Positions 21,637-31,983 of a stretch of 64,000 nt of DNA are shown piece after piece; the first letter of the stretch is position 1; each line of letters starts with the position of its first letter. A model generated the notes under the pieces. It saw only the letters and a program-made list of their open reading frames with translations. It had not been told where the DNA came from and did not search any database. Source of the DNA: Histomonas meleagridis 2922-C6/04-290x (lineage: Eukaryota; Protista; Parabasalia); assembly GCA_020184695.1 (NCBI GenBank), contig JAANOX010000233.1, forward strand, positions 192,334 to 256,333, given 5' to 3'. The position numbers and the translations under genes were made by a program.

Positions 21637-23199
21637 TTAAAAGTATTCGTCTTCTTCTTCCTCGAAGAAAATGTCTTGGATTTTGATACTTGAATAATTT
21701 GCCAGATATTGTTTTGCCTTTTCTAACATTTTATCTCTAAATTTCAATCTTTTTCTTTCTTCTTTTTGCAAATTTATTGCAATTGGAAATGCCTTAAACA
21801 CTTTCTTTTTAAGTTGTTTATCATAGAAATTAATTGCTTTGTTCTCTTTCATTCTATGTGCAATAATTTGTTGTTTTTTCCATTCATTAAAAAAGAAAAT
21901 AAGTAAAAACTTCGAATGTACAATTTCCAATTTTTCTTCCTTTTTCTTTAATTCAAGTTTAACAATTTTTGGAGCTTTAATCATTTTATTCAAAAAAATT
22001 TTCTTATAAAAATTATTTGCAATTAAATTATTTCTTTCATTTATTATTTGGAATTTGTTTTTCATCTTATTAAAATATATATTTTTAATGAAATTATTAA
22101 ATTGTTCTTGTGAATTCTTCATTTGTCGTTTACGAAACTCTATAAATGTTTTCCACTTATGAATAAAACGTTTTTGTAACATAAAGTTTGCGAATTCATT
22201 TGCTTCGTTTTCTTTGTTTTGTTGCTTGATGTATTCTTCATAATATTTTTTTTCGATTTTTCGATTCTTTTGTCTTTGCTTGTTTTCGTTTTGAAGGTTT
22301 CTTATATGTTCAATTCTTTCTTTTTGTTTCTTTTCTTTGAGTATTTTTTCTTTGTTTTCTCTTTCTTTTGCGTCAGAAATTATTTGTTTTTTAATTTGAA
22401 GTAATTTGTTCTCTTTCGATTCTTTTGTCTTCTTTATTAATTCATCCATTCGTGGATCAACTTCAATCGGTGGTAGAGGTGGCTTCTTTATAAACTTTTG
22501 TTGCTTGAAGTTTGGCGGTTTATATTTTGTGGTTTTGTATTTTCGAGTTTTTACATTTTTTGGTTTATCGTTTTGTTTGATTTGAAGTTTTTTGTCTTTT
22601 TCTTCCTTCCACTTCATGAAATACTTTTTTAAAAGCGTAGATCGAACATATTCGAGCTCAAGAAAATATGCATTTTTATATTTTTCCAATTTTTGGATTC
22701 GAGAATTTTGTGAATTTATTTTTTCCTTTGATTTATTACGCCATTTGGTGAAAACTTTTAATTTTAGATTAAATTTATACATACTCTCAAATTTATTTTG
22801 GGATTGAATAAGAGTATAGGCATTTTGAAACCAAATTTTAAAATATTGATATAATTTTAGAGTTTGGAATTTTTGTGTTAAAAGCTTCATTTTTGTTTCT
22901 CTTTCTGATGTAGTGGTTTCCGTGTCGTCTATTTGGTTATTTTGTTTTGTTTTTGATAAAATTGGTTTATTATGAGAGCTTGAAACCACCAACGAAGAAG
23001 CAAATTCCCAATTTATTGGATTAGATATTTTGTCGTTTTTTGGTCTGTGTTTTATTTTTTGTAATTTATTGATTTGAAATCCGAATGATTTAAGTAAACG
23101 ATCTGACTCTTCAATTATTGCATCATTTGTTTTGTATTTCTGATTTATTTTATTAATCCAATCAAAAGTTTGCACTTGCATTTCATGTTTAAAATGCAA
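21637..23199 (-). CDS. Sfi1-repeat-like basic coiled-coil protein (candidate centrin binder)
   Basis: Recurrent [LK]xxxFxxW[KR] motifs (LKVFTKWR, KKYFMKWKE, KRFIHKWK, FFFNEWKK) in a Lys/Gln/Glu-rich helix. Confidence 0.45.
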   Translation of the reverse strand: MHFKHEMQVQTFDWINKINQKYKTNDAIIEESDRLLKSFGFQINKLQKIKHRPKNDKISNPINWEFASSLVVSSSHNKPILSKTKQNNQIDDTETTTSERETKMKLLTQKFQTLKLYQYFKIWFQNAYTLIQSQNKFESMYKFNLKLKVFTKWRNKSKEKINSQNSRIQKLEKYKNAYFLELEYVRSTLLKKYFMKWKEEKDKKLQIKQNDKPKNVKTRKYKTTKYKPPNFKQQKFIKKPPLPPIEVDPRMDELIKKTKESKENKLLQIKKQIISDAKERENKEKILKEKKQKERIEHIRNLQNENKQRQKNRKIEKKYYEEYIKQQNKENEANEFANFMLQKRFIHKWKTFIEFRKRQMKNSQEQFNNFIKNIYFNKMKNKFQIINERNNLIANNFYKKIFLNKMIKAPKIVKLELKKKEEKLEIVHSKFLLIFFFNEWKKQQIIAHRMKENKAINFYDKQLKKKVFKAFPIAINLQKEERKRLKFRDKMLEKAKQYLANYSSIKIQDIFFEEEEDEYF

Positions 23200-23376
23200 A
23201 ATTTACAAACGTATAATACGATCATTCTGATCACAAAAAGTAGATATTTAATAGGGCACCCCAAATCACAAAAAAAACAAATTTTGAGATTATAGAAATA
23301 TCTTTTTATTAATAGATTGAACTTGTATTATGTGTAAATTTAGACAAAAATCTATGGAATAAACTCTTGTGGTTGG

Positions 23377-26082
23377 CTAAATCCATTGATCAGTATCTTC
23401 TAAAACAAATTCAGTTATAATATTGGGAGCAAATTCAGTTTGCGTTTCTCTTTTAGTATTTTCATGTTTAGAAAATTTCTTTACAGGAGTTTGCGTATTT
23501 TTAGGTTTTTTATTAAAACGGAACATAAAAATCAAAATACCAACAAGAAAAAGAACAGCTATAATTGAACCACATATAATTCCGATTAAAGCACCTTTTT
23601 GAATTCCTTTTTGTTGAAATGTTGTTTCAACATAAAAAACTGTGAAAAATTGTGAATAATAACTAATATACGTAGTATACTTAACAACTGAAAATTCATA
23701 AAAAATAGATAATGTATTAGTATATGTATATGTAGAGCGAATTGTAGAAATTATAAATGTATTAGATTCAAATGAATTGACGAGAGTAATTGTATGTGTA
23801 TCAGAGTAAGAGTATGTTAAAACAAAAGATTGAGTTAAGGTAACATCAAATGGAAATGAATCAGTGAATGTAAATGATTTAGTAATTATATTTGATTTGG
23901 TGAACGTATTAGATTCGGAGAATGTTTTGCTTTCTGTAAATGAGTTACTTTTAGTAAATACATCAGATTTGGTAAATGAATTACTTTTAGTGAATATATT
24001 GCTTTTTGTAAATGTGTTCGATTTCGTGAATAAATTACTCTGCGTGAATGCATTACTTTTAGTAAATGTATGACTTACAGAGAATATGTTTGATTTTGTA
24101 AATAAATCACTTTGTGTAAATGTATTTGATTTTGTAAAAGTATTTGTTTGTGTGAATGAATTACTTTGAGTAAATAAATTTGATTTTGTAAATATATTAG
24201 ATTTAGTGAATTGGTTACTTGGTGTAAATACATTACTTCCTGTGAATGTATTTGTTTGAGTAAACGTATTGGAAGGTGGAAGGCATTCATCGATTGTACC
24301 TTTGTATATATTTAATGATCCAAAATTATCACTGTCATATGAATCTAATGTCATAACAATATTTACTGGAGCATCAGTAAAGGAGTTTTCAGCAACACTT
24401 GGCTCTGTTTGGCCATAAAAATAAACGCATATAAGTTCTTCACATTTACGAAATGCATATTTACCAATTGTATTTACATTTTCTCCTATGATAACTTTAA
24501 CCAAGTTACTACAATAATAAAATGCATAATCTTCTAATATTGTTATCGAATCTGGAATGGTAATTTCCACAAATGATTCACAATAACTAAATGCATAGCT
24601 TCCAATTGATGATAGAGATTCTAAAAATGTATATGTCTTATCTATTCTTCCTGGTGGATAAAGAAAAATTTTAGTAAATTCAAGATCATAAATAATTCCA
24701 TCATCCCCATGATTAGAATATACTTGATTTCCATTTAATACCTTAAAAGATTGAAGACTTTGGCATTCAAGAAAGGCATCTGAAGTGATTGAAGTTACAC
24801 TACTTGGAATTGTAATCTTTGTTAATGATTTACACGCACTAAATGCATTCGACATAATTGATATAACAGAATCTGGTATTACAACATTTTGTAAAGAAGT
24901 GCAATATCGAAATGTCCAACTTTCAATTGATGTAACTTTACTTGGAATTGTAATATTTATTAATGAAGTACAATGGAAAAATCCATTCATTCCAATTGAT
25001 GTTACTGAATCTGGAATCATTACATAATTTAAATTTATACAAAAATCAAAAGAATTAGGACCAATTGATGTAACAGAAGAAGGTATTTCAAAAGATTTTT
25101 CTGATTTTCCTGCTGGATAACACATAATTTCTGTTATATATTTATTGTAAAGGATTCCATCATTTTCAAAATTGGAAAAAGATGGATTTTCATTGTCTAC
25201 CATAATATTTTGAAGTTTAGGACATGTTGTAAATGCGTCTGTTGCGATGGATTTTATAGTTTTTGAAATAGTAATGTTTACTAATGAATTACAATTACTG
25301 AATGCAGCGCTTCCAATAGATGTAACATAATCACCAATTATAACAGTTACCAAGGAATTCCATTGATTGAAATCAATTATTTCATCAACTTCTCCCTCAA
25401 TCACAAGATGAATAGTTTTGTCTTTATAATCATCCTTATAATTATAATCATCTTCATTTAAAATTGTTAAAGTATTAGTCTCATTATCAAATGATTCAAA
25501 TGAATGTATAAAAAATAAAGTCAGACATATTATAGTAAATTTAATATTCTTTTTTTCATTCAGCAACCTACTTTCTTTCAAAAATTGATTGTGACGTGTA
25601 TATAAAATTATCATAAGTAATAAAAACATATAATTGGAAAACAAAATGTTTGACTTGTTTTGTGAGTAATAAATTTGGTTTCTTATTTCCATTGATGAAA
25701 CAAAGTTTTGTAGGGCTATCGAAGAGCCTAATCCTTGAAATGATTTGTATAAATTACTTATTGATAAATTTATAAGTCTAAATAAGAGATTTGTATGTTG
25801 ATAGCATTCGGCCAAATTGAATTTAATTGAAGAATAATTGTCAATATGGTAAAAATGTATATGATCAATTTTATGATTAAAATCAAATAAAATTTCATAC
25901 ATCATGAAAATAATGTTTCTAGAAATTTTAAAAGATACAGCATAATTTATTCCTATTAAAATTGATACCAAATATATTATTTGTTTGATCTTTGTAAAAA
26001 TAGGAATTATTCTTGTACGCCTCTTTATTGTTTGAACAGACACTATTTTTTTGACTGGGGAAATTCGAGAAGTGCTTATCAT
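23377..26082 (-). CDS. BspA-like TpLRR surface protein 3; true start uncertain
   Basis: Many IPxSVTSIxxxAFxxCxSL repeats, SNTFTK stalk, TM GALIGIICGSIIAVLFLVGILIF, C-terminus EDTDQWI. Confidence 0.9.
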   Translation of the reverse strand: MISTSRISPVKKIVSVQTIKRRTRIIPIFTKIKQIIYLVSILIGINYAVSFKISRNIIFMMYEILFDFNHKIDHIHFYHIDNYSSIKFNLAECYQHTNLLFRLINLSISNLYKSFQGLGSSIALQNFVSSMEIRNQIYYSQNKSNILFSNYMFLLLMIILYTRHNQFLKESRLLNEKKNIKFTIICLTLFFIHSFESFDNETNTLTILNEDDYNYKDDYKDKTIHLVIEGEVDEIIDFNQWNSLVTVIIGDYVTSIGSAAFSNCNSLVNITISKTIKSIATDAFTTCPKLQNIMVDNENPSFSNFENDGILYNKYITEIMCYPAGKSEKSFEIPSSVTSIGPNSFDFCINLNYVMIPDSVTSIGMNGFFHCTSLINITIPSKVTSIESWTFRYCTSLQNVVIPDSVISIMSNAFSACKSLTKITIPSSVTSITSDAFLECQSLQSFKVLNGNQVYSNHGDDGIIYDLEFTKIFLYPPGRIDKTYTFLESLSSIGSYAFSYCESFVEITIPDSITILEDYAFYYCSNLVKVIIGENVNTIGKYAFRKCEELICVYFYGQTEPSVAENSFTDAPVNIVMTLDSYDSDNFGSLNIYKGTIDECLPPSNTFTQTNTFTGSNVFTPSNQFTKSNIFTKSNLFTQSNSFTQTNTFTKSNTFTQSDLFTKSNIFSVSHTFTKSNAFTQSNLFTKSNTFTKSNIFTKSNSFTKSDVFTKSNSFTESKTFSESNTFTKSNIITKSFTFTDSFPFDVTLTQSFVLTYSYSDTHTITLVNSFESNTFIISTIRSTYTYTNTLSIFYEFSVVKYTTYISYYSQFFTVFYVETTFQQKGIQKGALIGIICGSIIAVLFLVGILIFMFRFNKKPKNTQTPVKKFSKHENTKRETQTEFAPNIITEFVLEDTDQWI

Positions 26083-26793
26083 ATCGGAACTCCAACAAGG
26101 CTACTTGGAAAATTTTCTTGTTCGAAGTAACCGTCACTTTTTGCAGATGCAATGCATTGAAAATAAGGTGATATCGGAAATTTACATTCAATATTTTGTG
26201 TAGTATATTCAAAATTTGAATTTAGCCAACCGCAACTATGAGGAGAAATAACTGTTTGGATGCTAACGTACCTAACTCAATTTTTTTGCACAGTGAAGTG
26301 TGTTCATATTCACAGATTGTTATTATGTACTTTTCATTTTAACACTAGATTCATCATAACACTACAGACATAAAAACACCTGTAAGAAAGAAATAGTTAT
26401 GTATAAACTTATATAAATGTTAATAATTTGGTGTAAAAAACTACAGATAAAACAGTCACAGTAACTTACCCCTTGAGCAAGAAGAAATTTATGTATTAAT
26501 GTATAATATATTTGTTTGTTTAATTTAAAATTTATTTTAATGATTTAATAATACAGCACTTATGGTTGTAGCCAAAGAGAGATTTACTGAAATTGTTAAA
26601 GTCATTCTTAAACAAGAAGGAATTAAAATTAATGCTAAGGGTTTTTATTGATTTATTTAACATTTATTTAATAATTTTATAATTCAAAATAATAACATTT
26701 CTCTGCTGGTTGAAGTTTTATTAATCAGGCAGAGGTATTCATAACTTGATGTATATACAAGAAAACTATATATATGATGGTTTACTCAAAATT

Positions 26794-27108
26794 TCAAAAG
26801 TTAGTGAATGAGTTAAGTAGCGCTTGCTCACCATTTGGATCAAAAGGGGAATCAGTATCAATGTTTGGAAAAATATCATCAAAGTTCAAATCAAAGCAAA
26901 ATTCGTTAGAATTTGGAATAGCCTCTGAAGTATCACGAGGTGGTTCATCAGATTCTCTAATCATTTCGTCGATTTGTTTTAGTTCATTCAAAGTACTTTC
27001 TTGAAGATTGATTTTTTCATCAACAAGAGGAATAGAAACAAAAATGCCGTTAGGTACCCTAATGGTTATAGCTTTTATTCTTTTTGAGTTTAGTTTTTTT
27101 CTTCCCAT
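26794..27108 (-). CDS. Small hypothetical protein (basic N-terminus, acidic C-terminus)
   Basis: ATG start MGRKKLNSKR, 104 aa, codon composition like host genes. Confidence 0.5.
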   Translation of the reverse strand: MGRKKLNSKRIKAITIRVPNGIFVSIPLVDEKINLQESTLNELKQIDEMIRESDEPPRDTSEAIPNSNEFCFDLNFDDIFPNIDTDSPFDPNGEQALLNSFTNF

Positions 27109-27629
27109 TATATGATAATGAATTCATCGTGTACACGCTTTTGTTGGAACAAGTTCTTGCGTCACTTTTATCTCAAAAACTGTGTAAACCATTAAAATAA
27201 CCAAGAAGCGTGTGGAGCGTGTAGGGCGTGTAGAAGGGCTTGGAAAAACTTGAAGTCATAAAAAACAGATTGAAGAGGCTTATTGTTTTATTTATTGAAT
27301 TTAATTATCTTTTTTATATGGAAATATTTGCAAGTAATTAACTTTGTGATACCAAAGTCAAAAGCAGTAAAGCTCCAAGCTCAATATTAAAATTGTTTGG
27401 AAATCATATGTATTAAATTCATCTTAATTTTTTATTCCTAGTATTATTTAATTGCTCGCAACTTTCATTATTTATATTTTACCTTACGAAACTAAATTCT
27501 CCCTTTCTTTTTATTCCAACCTTCAAAAGCATTTTCATTAATGAATCTAAATAGATATCTTCTTTAAAATAAGAACAATTATAATAAGTTTTTTTCCTAT
27601 TGAATGGTATTAATTCCAACTATTCTAGA

Positions 27630-28190
27630 AGTCAGTTTCTCATTTCTCTGTGTTGTTGATTAGCTTTTTTAATTCGTTTTTCTTGTTTTTTATTGTCATG
27701 CTTTTTGCTTTTGATTATATTATAATTATTTTTGAATTCAATCTCAATTTCTCCTTTTGTTAATTTATTTAAGTTTTCTTTTATTTCTTCTTCATTTCTT
27801 TTAATTTTTTCTTCAATATCTTTAATTTTATCTTTATCAGGATAAATGAATACTATTGATTTAATTTTTACTATTGATTTTAATATTTTCTTTTCTTGAA
27901 ATATTATGTGCATGACTATTATGTAAAATTATATTTTTATGTGTTTCTGCTAATGCTTTTTTACAAAAATCACAAATATATGCTTTCCTTTTTCTTAATA
28001 ATATATCTGCTGTTGGATTTATATCATATCTATAGTTTAAAATTAAAGCCCACATCCATCCAAAATCTCTTTTATCTTCATTATAATTGGAATGTCTTTT
28101 CACTATATGATTATTAAATGTCTTCACAATCTGTAATGTAATTACAGTTATGCAAAGGACATGCATATAGAGTTTTCGGTATAATCAAAG
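27630..28190 (-). mobile_element. RLE-type LINE copy B, zinc-finger segment (last recognisable piece of copy B)
   Basis: Collinear nucleotide similarity to 41040-41570; encodes CPLHNC...FNNHIVKRH and CDFC...HNSHAH fingers. Confidence 0.8.
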
Positions 28191-28399
28191 TAGTGTAAGC
28201 GAAAAAAATCTCCCAAAAAATGAATATTATCCTTAATAAAATCAAGCCAATTTTTTATTCATGTTACATAGGTAGTATAATAAATATAATTTTGTAATTA
28301 ATTTTATAAAAAATTAAATTTGCAAATTTACTGATTTTTTTGAAATTTTCAAAATATTGGAATTATTTTATTATAATTGAATATTTTGGTTCATTTATT

Positions 28400-29340
28400 A
28401 TCAAATAATAGTGAAGTTAAAATGGAATTGTTTTTATATGAATTTTTACTCCATGTTTAATTATTTTTTCATATGATATTATTTCGATTTGTTACAAAAA
28501 ATTCCACAATGGAATTTTAAAATTTGAAGTGCCATTGAATAGAATACAATCAATATTTTGTATTTATAATGATTTTATCAAAATTCTTTCGAACGTTTTA
28601 GAGAAATTTTCCATTTGAGCGACAACAAATTTCAATATAATGATGTAACATGTAAATCGAAATACATTTATAAATATCACAAAAACATGAAAAAAAAATT
28701 TTAATCAAATTAATGTATACTCTAAATATAAAAATCAGAAGAATTTTGATCATTGTAAATGTTATTCATTAAAATAATGCATTTCAATAAAGAAATGCAA
28801 TTTTTGTAAATTTTGATAAAAATAGAAAATAAATAGAATTTAATGTTATTGTATATACATTAGCAACTTCAATTTAGAAGCATATGTTGAATAATTTCTA
28901 CATAAAACAATTATGTTATATCAACAAAAATGAACAAAAAGTTGTAGTAACATGTTTCTTTGTGATGATGAGTTGACTTTTTGTGTACAATGTTAACTTT
29001 TTGTAAGCAATAAATAATTGAAACCAAAAAATAAATATATCCAAAAAATATACCAATGAATTCACTTAAAGACATGTGATATAGGGTTTAATCTCTTCAA
29101 GAAGTGGAGGCCCCATCCAATCAATATGGAGAATTTGAATTAAGTGTAATTTGCATTCAAAAATTGGCTTTCAATTCGTTTTTTGAGAGAATATTTTGAT
29201 TCAATTTCATTTTGAATAATTTACAATTTTCGCCATGTTATTTGAATACAAATAAAATTTGGCAAAGATGGTGTGGAATGAATGTTGTAATATTTCATTT
29301 TCTGCTTTACTTCAATTAAACTCATGTGCAAAATTGGAGA
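28400..29340 (-). pseudogene. Degraded DUF3447/ankyrin-family-like relic
   Basis: Broken motifs HGENCKLF and THHHKE..YYNFLF. About 29100-29250 is an inverted homologue of about 44575-44720. Confidence 0.3.
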
Positions 29341-29399
29341 TTGGGTAGAAAATAGTAAATTTAATATTGACTTAGTGTATTCGATATTTTTTTCGTCAA

Positions 29400-30600
29400 A
29401 TCAATTGGTTCAGCTCAAAGTGTTGATCAAAGCATAAAAAAAGCCCTTTATGAAAAGTGGTCAATCAATCAGGTAAAAGAAAGATCTCATGTAAGTTATA
29501 AAAGAGTTCATGCAATATCAGAGAACTTACCTCAAAATCATCAAAGAGGGTGTTCATCAAAGCTAACGCCTGAAATGATAGATTATATAGAAATCAACTC
29601 ATTAGCAAATGCAAAACTTACGGACAGTGAACTTACAGCGATGTTGACAAAAAAATTTGATGTTAATCTTAACAGAACAACAATTTCAAGAAAAAGAAAT
29701 GAGTTAGGATTCATATATAGACTCCTTTTAACCAGGCAAGCTGTTTCAGAACAACAAAAAATAATACGTCTTGAATTTTGCCAGTGGGTTATAAATAATC
29801 AATCACAAATCTCAAACATAGTTTTTTCATATGAATCCAGATTTTGTCAGTGTCCTGACAATTCCTGGAGGAGGATAAAACGCGGAAATTGAAATAGTAC
29901 GTGTTTTGTCGAAAAGTAAAAGTATCTTAATTTAATTATGGTATGGGGCGCTATTGGTACATCATTTAGAACCTCATTATCGATGTGTTCAAATACTGAA
30001 GATTCAGATGAATATTTGAGGATAATTGAAAAAAGTGGCCTGATTGAGACATGCGATTCCATTTATGGTAAACATAAATGGATGTTCATGCAAGATGGCG
30101 CCCCCTGCAATAATTCAGCATCTACTTCGAATGTCTTACGAAAAAAAATGATGATTATTTCAGGGTGGCCGCCAAACTCGCCCGATCTCAATCCAATTGA
30201 GATCATTTGGGCGATAATTGAGAAAAAACTGAAAGAAAGAATAAAATCAAAATAAGATAATTTATTTAAAATCATTCAGGACATATGGGAAGCACTTGAT
30301 GAGAACGTAATTAATAATTTAGTGAGAAATTTTATCCCGTGTTGCCAATTGGTGCTGGATCATGGAGGCGGAAGTATATCCCATCATCTTTCCAGCACAA
30401 TCAAAAAGTTGAAAGCATTGTTGACATATCCGGGCTAAGTATCTGAAGCACAGAAGAAGATGAAAAGCTTTTGCAGCTGTGTGAAATGTTTGGAAATCGA
30501 TGGAAAGATATAGGTGAAAAACTGGAAAGAACAAGGAACGAAGTGAAAAACAGATATTAAAACCTGATGCAAAGGAAAGCAAATGAAGGTCTTGCTTCTC
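29400..30600 (+). mobile_element. Tc1-family (DD34E) transposase pseudogene with downstream Myb domain; termini not resolved
   Basis: HTH region, VFS[Y]ESRF (first D mutated), MVWGAIG, MQDGAP...WPPNSPDLNPIE with 34 residues between D and E; Myb repeat at 30444-30575. Confidence 0.85.
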
Positions 30601-30835
30601 GGGCTGAATTTCCTCCAATTGATCAATTAGATAATCAAACTAACTTTTACCTAAATTTTAAAAATTGGGAGCCTGTCTGGAAATAACGTAACGTCTGAAC
30701 CATCTGATGTACTATTGTTGCTTTATTTGTGCTAACATGAATTGGAAATGATTGTGCATTAATAGATATTAATATCGACTAGTTGACAATAAAACCGTTT
30801 AAACTACAAAATCTCACATTATTTAATTTATCATC

Positions 30836-31972
30836 AAATTGAATATTTTTTTCATATATTTCAATATTGAATTCCAGGATTATAATATCATTTCTTACAT
30901 TATTTTATTGAATTGTGGTATTATAACTTTGTCTGATAATATCTTAAAATTAGAAGTTTCAATGTTGACGTTCTGTGTATCTAAATTTAGATTAGGTTTT
31001 TTATTATATAATCTTCATTATCTCCAATTACTATTTTTAAAGTTGCGAACTTATTGTTTTTATATAAAAAATATTCAAAACCATCTAAAATACAACATTT
31101 TCTTAATGAGTTACTGAAAAAACATTTGAATTGGCATGTTCTGTTAAGTGTAATACATATTCATCTGAATTACTCAATTTAATTCTCCCGCAGAATGGAC
31201 AAATTTCATTATAATTTAATCCTGGTTCGCTTTCTTCTATCTCGTCATTTTTTATAGCGAGTAAGTTAATAATATCTATGTTTCTATTACATATATGGAG
31301 CTATTATGATAATTCTCTTGCCCTTATGGAATCTATTTAGATGTATTAACAGATCTTCCTCATTTTCACTTTGCCATGTACAAAAGGGAAACCATGGACA
31401 GAATAGTAACTCTTTGTTCATACTGTTTTGTAATACTTTCGGTAAGTTATAAAATGTAAATATAATTCCGTTTCTCATAAGGTCAATTTTATCGACTGTG
31501 AACTTCCTGGGTTGGTATACACTGAGTTTTCATCTTCTGTTTCAGTACTTGTTTCCTCATCATCTGCATAATATCCTTGTTCGTTAACGATCTTCATTGG
31601 ATATCTTGTATTGTTTATCTCAAGGAGTATTATGGTTGTAGGTTGGTTGGATGTTTGATAACTTGTTGTTTGATCTGATAGAAATCTGATTTCCAAATTT
31701 TGTGCATAATTTTGGATTTGATCCTTTTTAAATAGTTCTGGACTGGTATACGTTGTTGTTGTGCTGTCTGTGGTCTCTAACCCTTGACTTTCTTCAGCAT
31801 CAGATTGACGATGGCCGGACTCAAAAAATGTTGTTTCTTTTTCAAAAAAGGTATTGCTCCGCTCCTCTTAGAGCTTTGAGTTATTGGTATGCTCCGTTTT
31901 AAGTTTTGAGCTGTCTTATTTCGAGATAATTTGATATGTTCCGAGATTCTCCGGGAATCATCGAAACTTATA
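30836..31972 (-). mobile_element. RLE-type LINE copy B, 5' coding segment with an extra C2H2 finger
   Basis: Similar to 42820-43385 on both sides of an extra block containing CPWFPFC...HLNRFH. Confidence 0.8.
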
Positions 31973-31983
31973 GGTCAATCGTA

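Noticed and set aside
23860-24270. Regularly spaced repeats resembling a CRISPR array or minisatellite
   Set aside because: They are 18-bp in-frame units encoding the Ser/Thr stalk of a BspA protein; there are no unique spacers or cas genes, and the context is eukaryotic.
29100-29135. Minus-strand DGAS-like reading as a transposase catalytic motif
   Set aside because: The segment is homologous to 44680-44720 and lies in DUF3447-like relic sequence; no other DDE motifs flank it.
29360-30830. Terminal inverted repeats for the 29.4-30.6 kb Tc1 element
   Set aside because: Only short, inconsistent matches were found (e.g. TCGATATT), not enough to call ends or a TSD.
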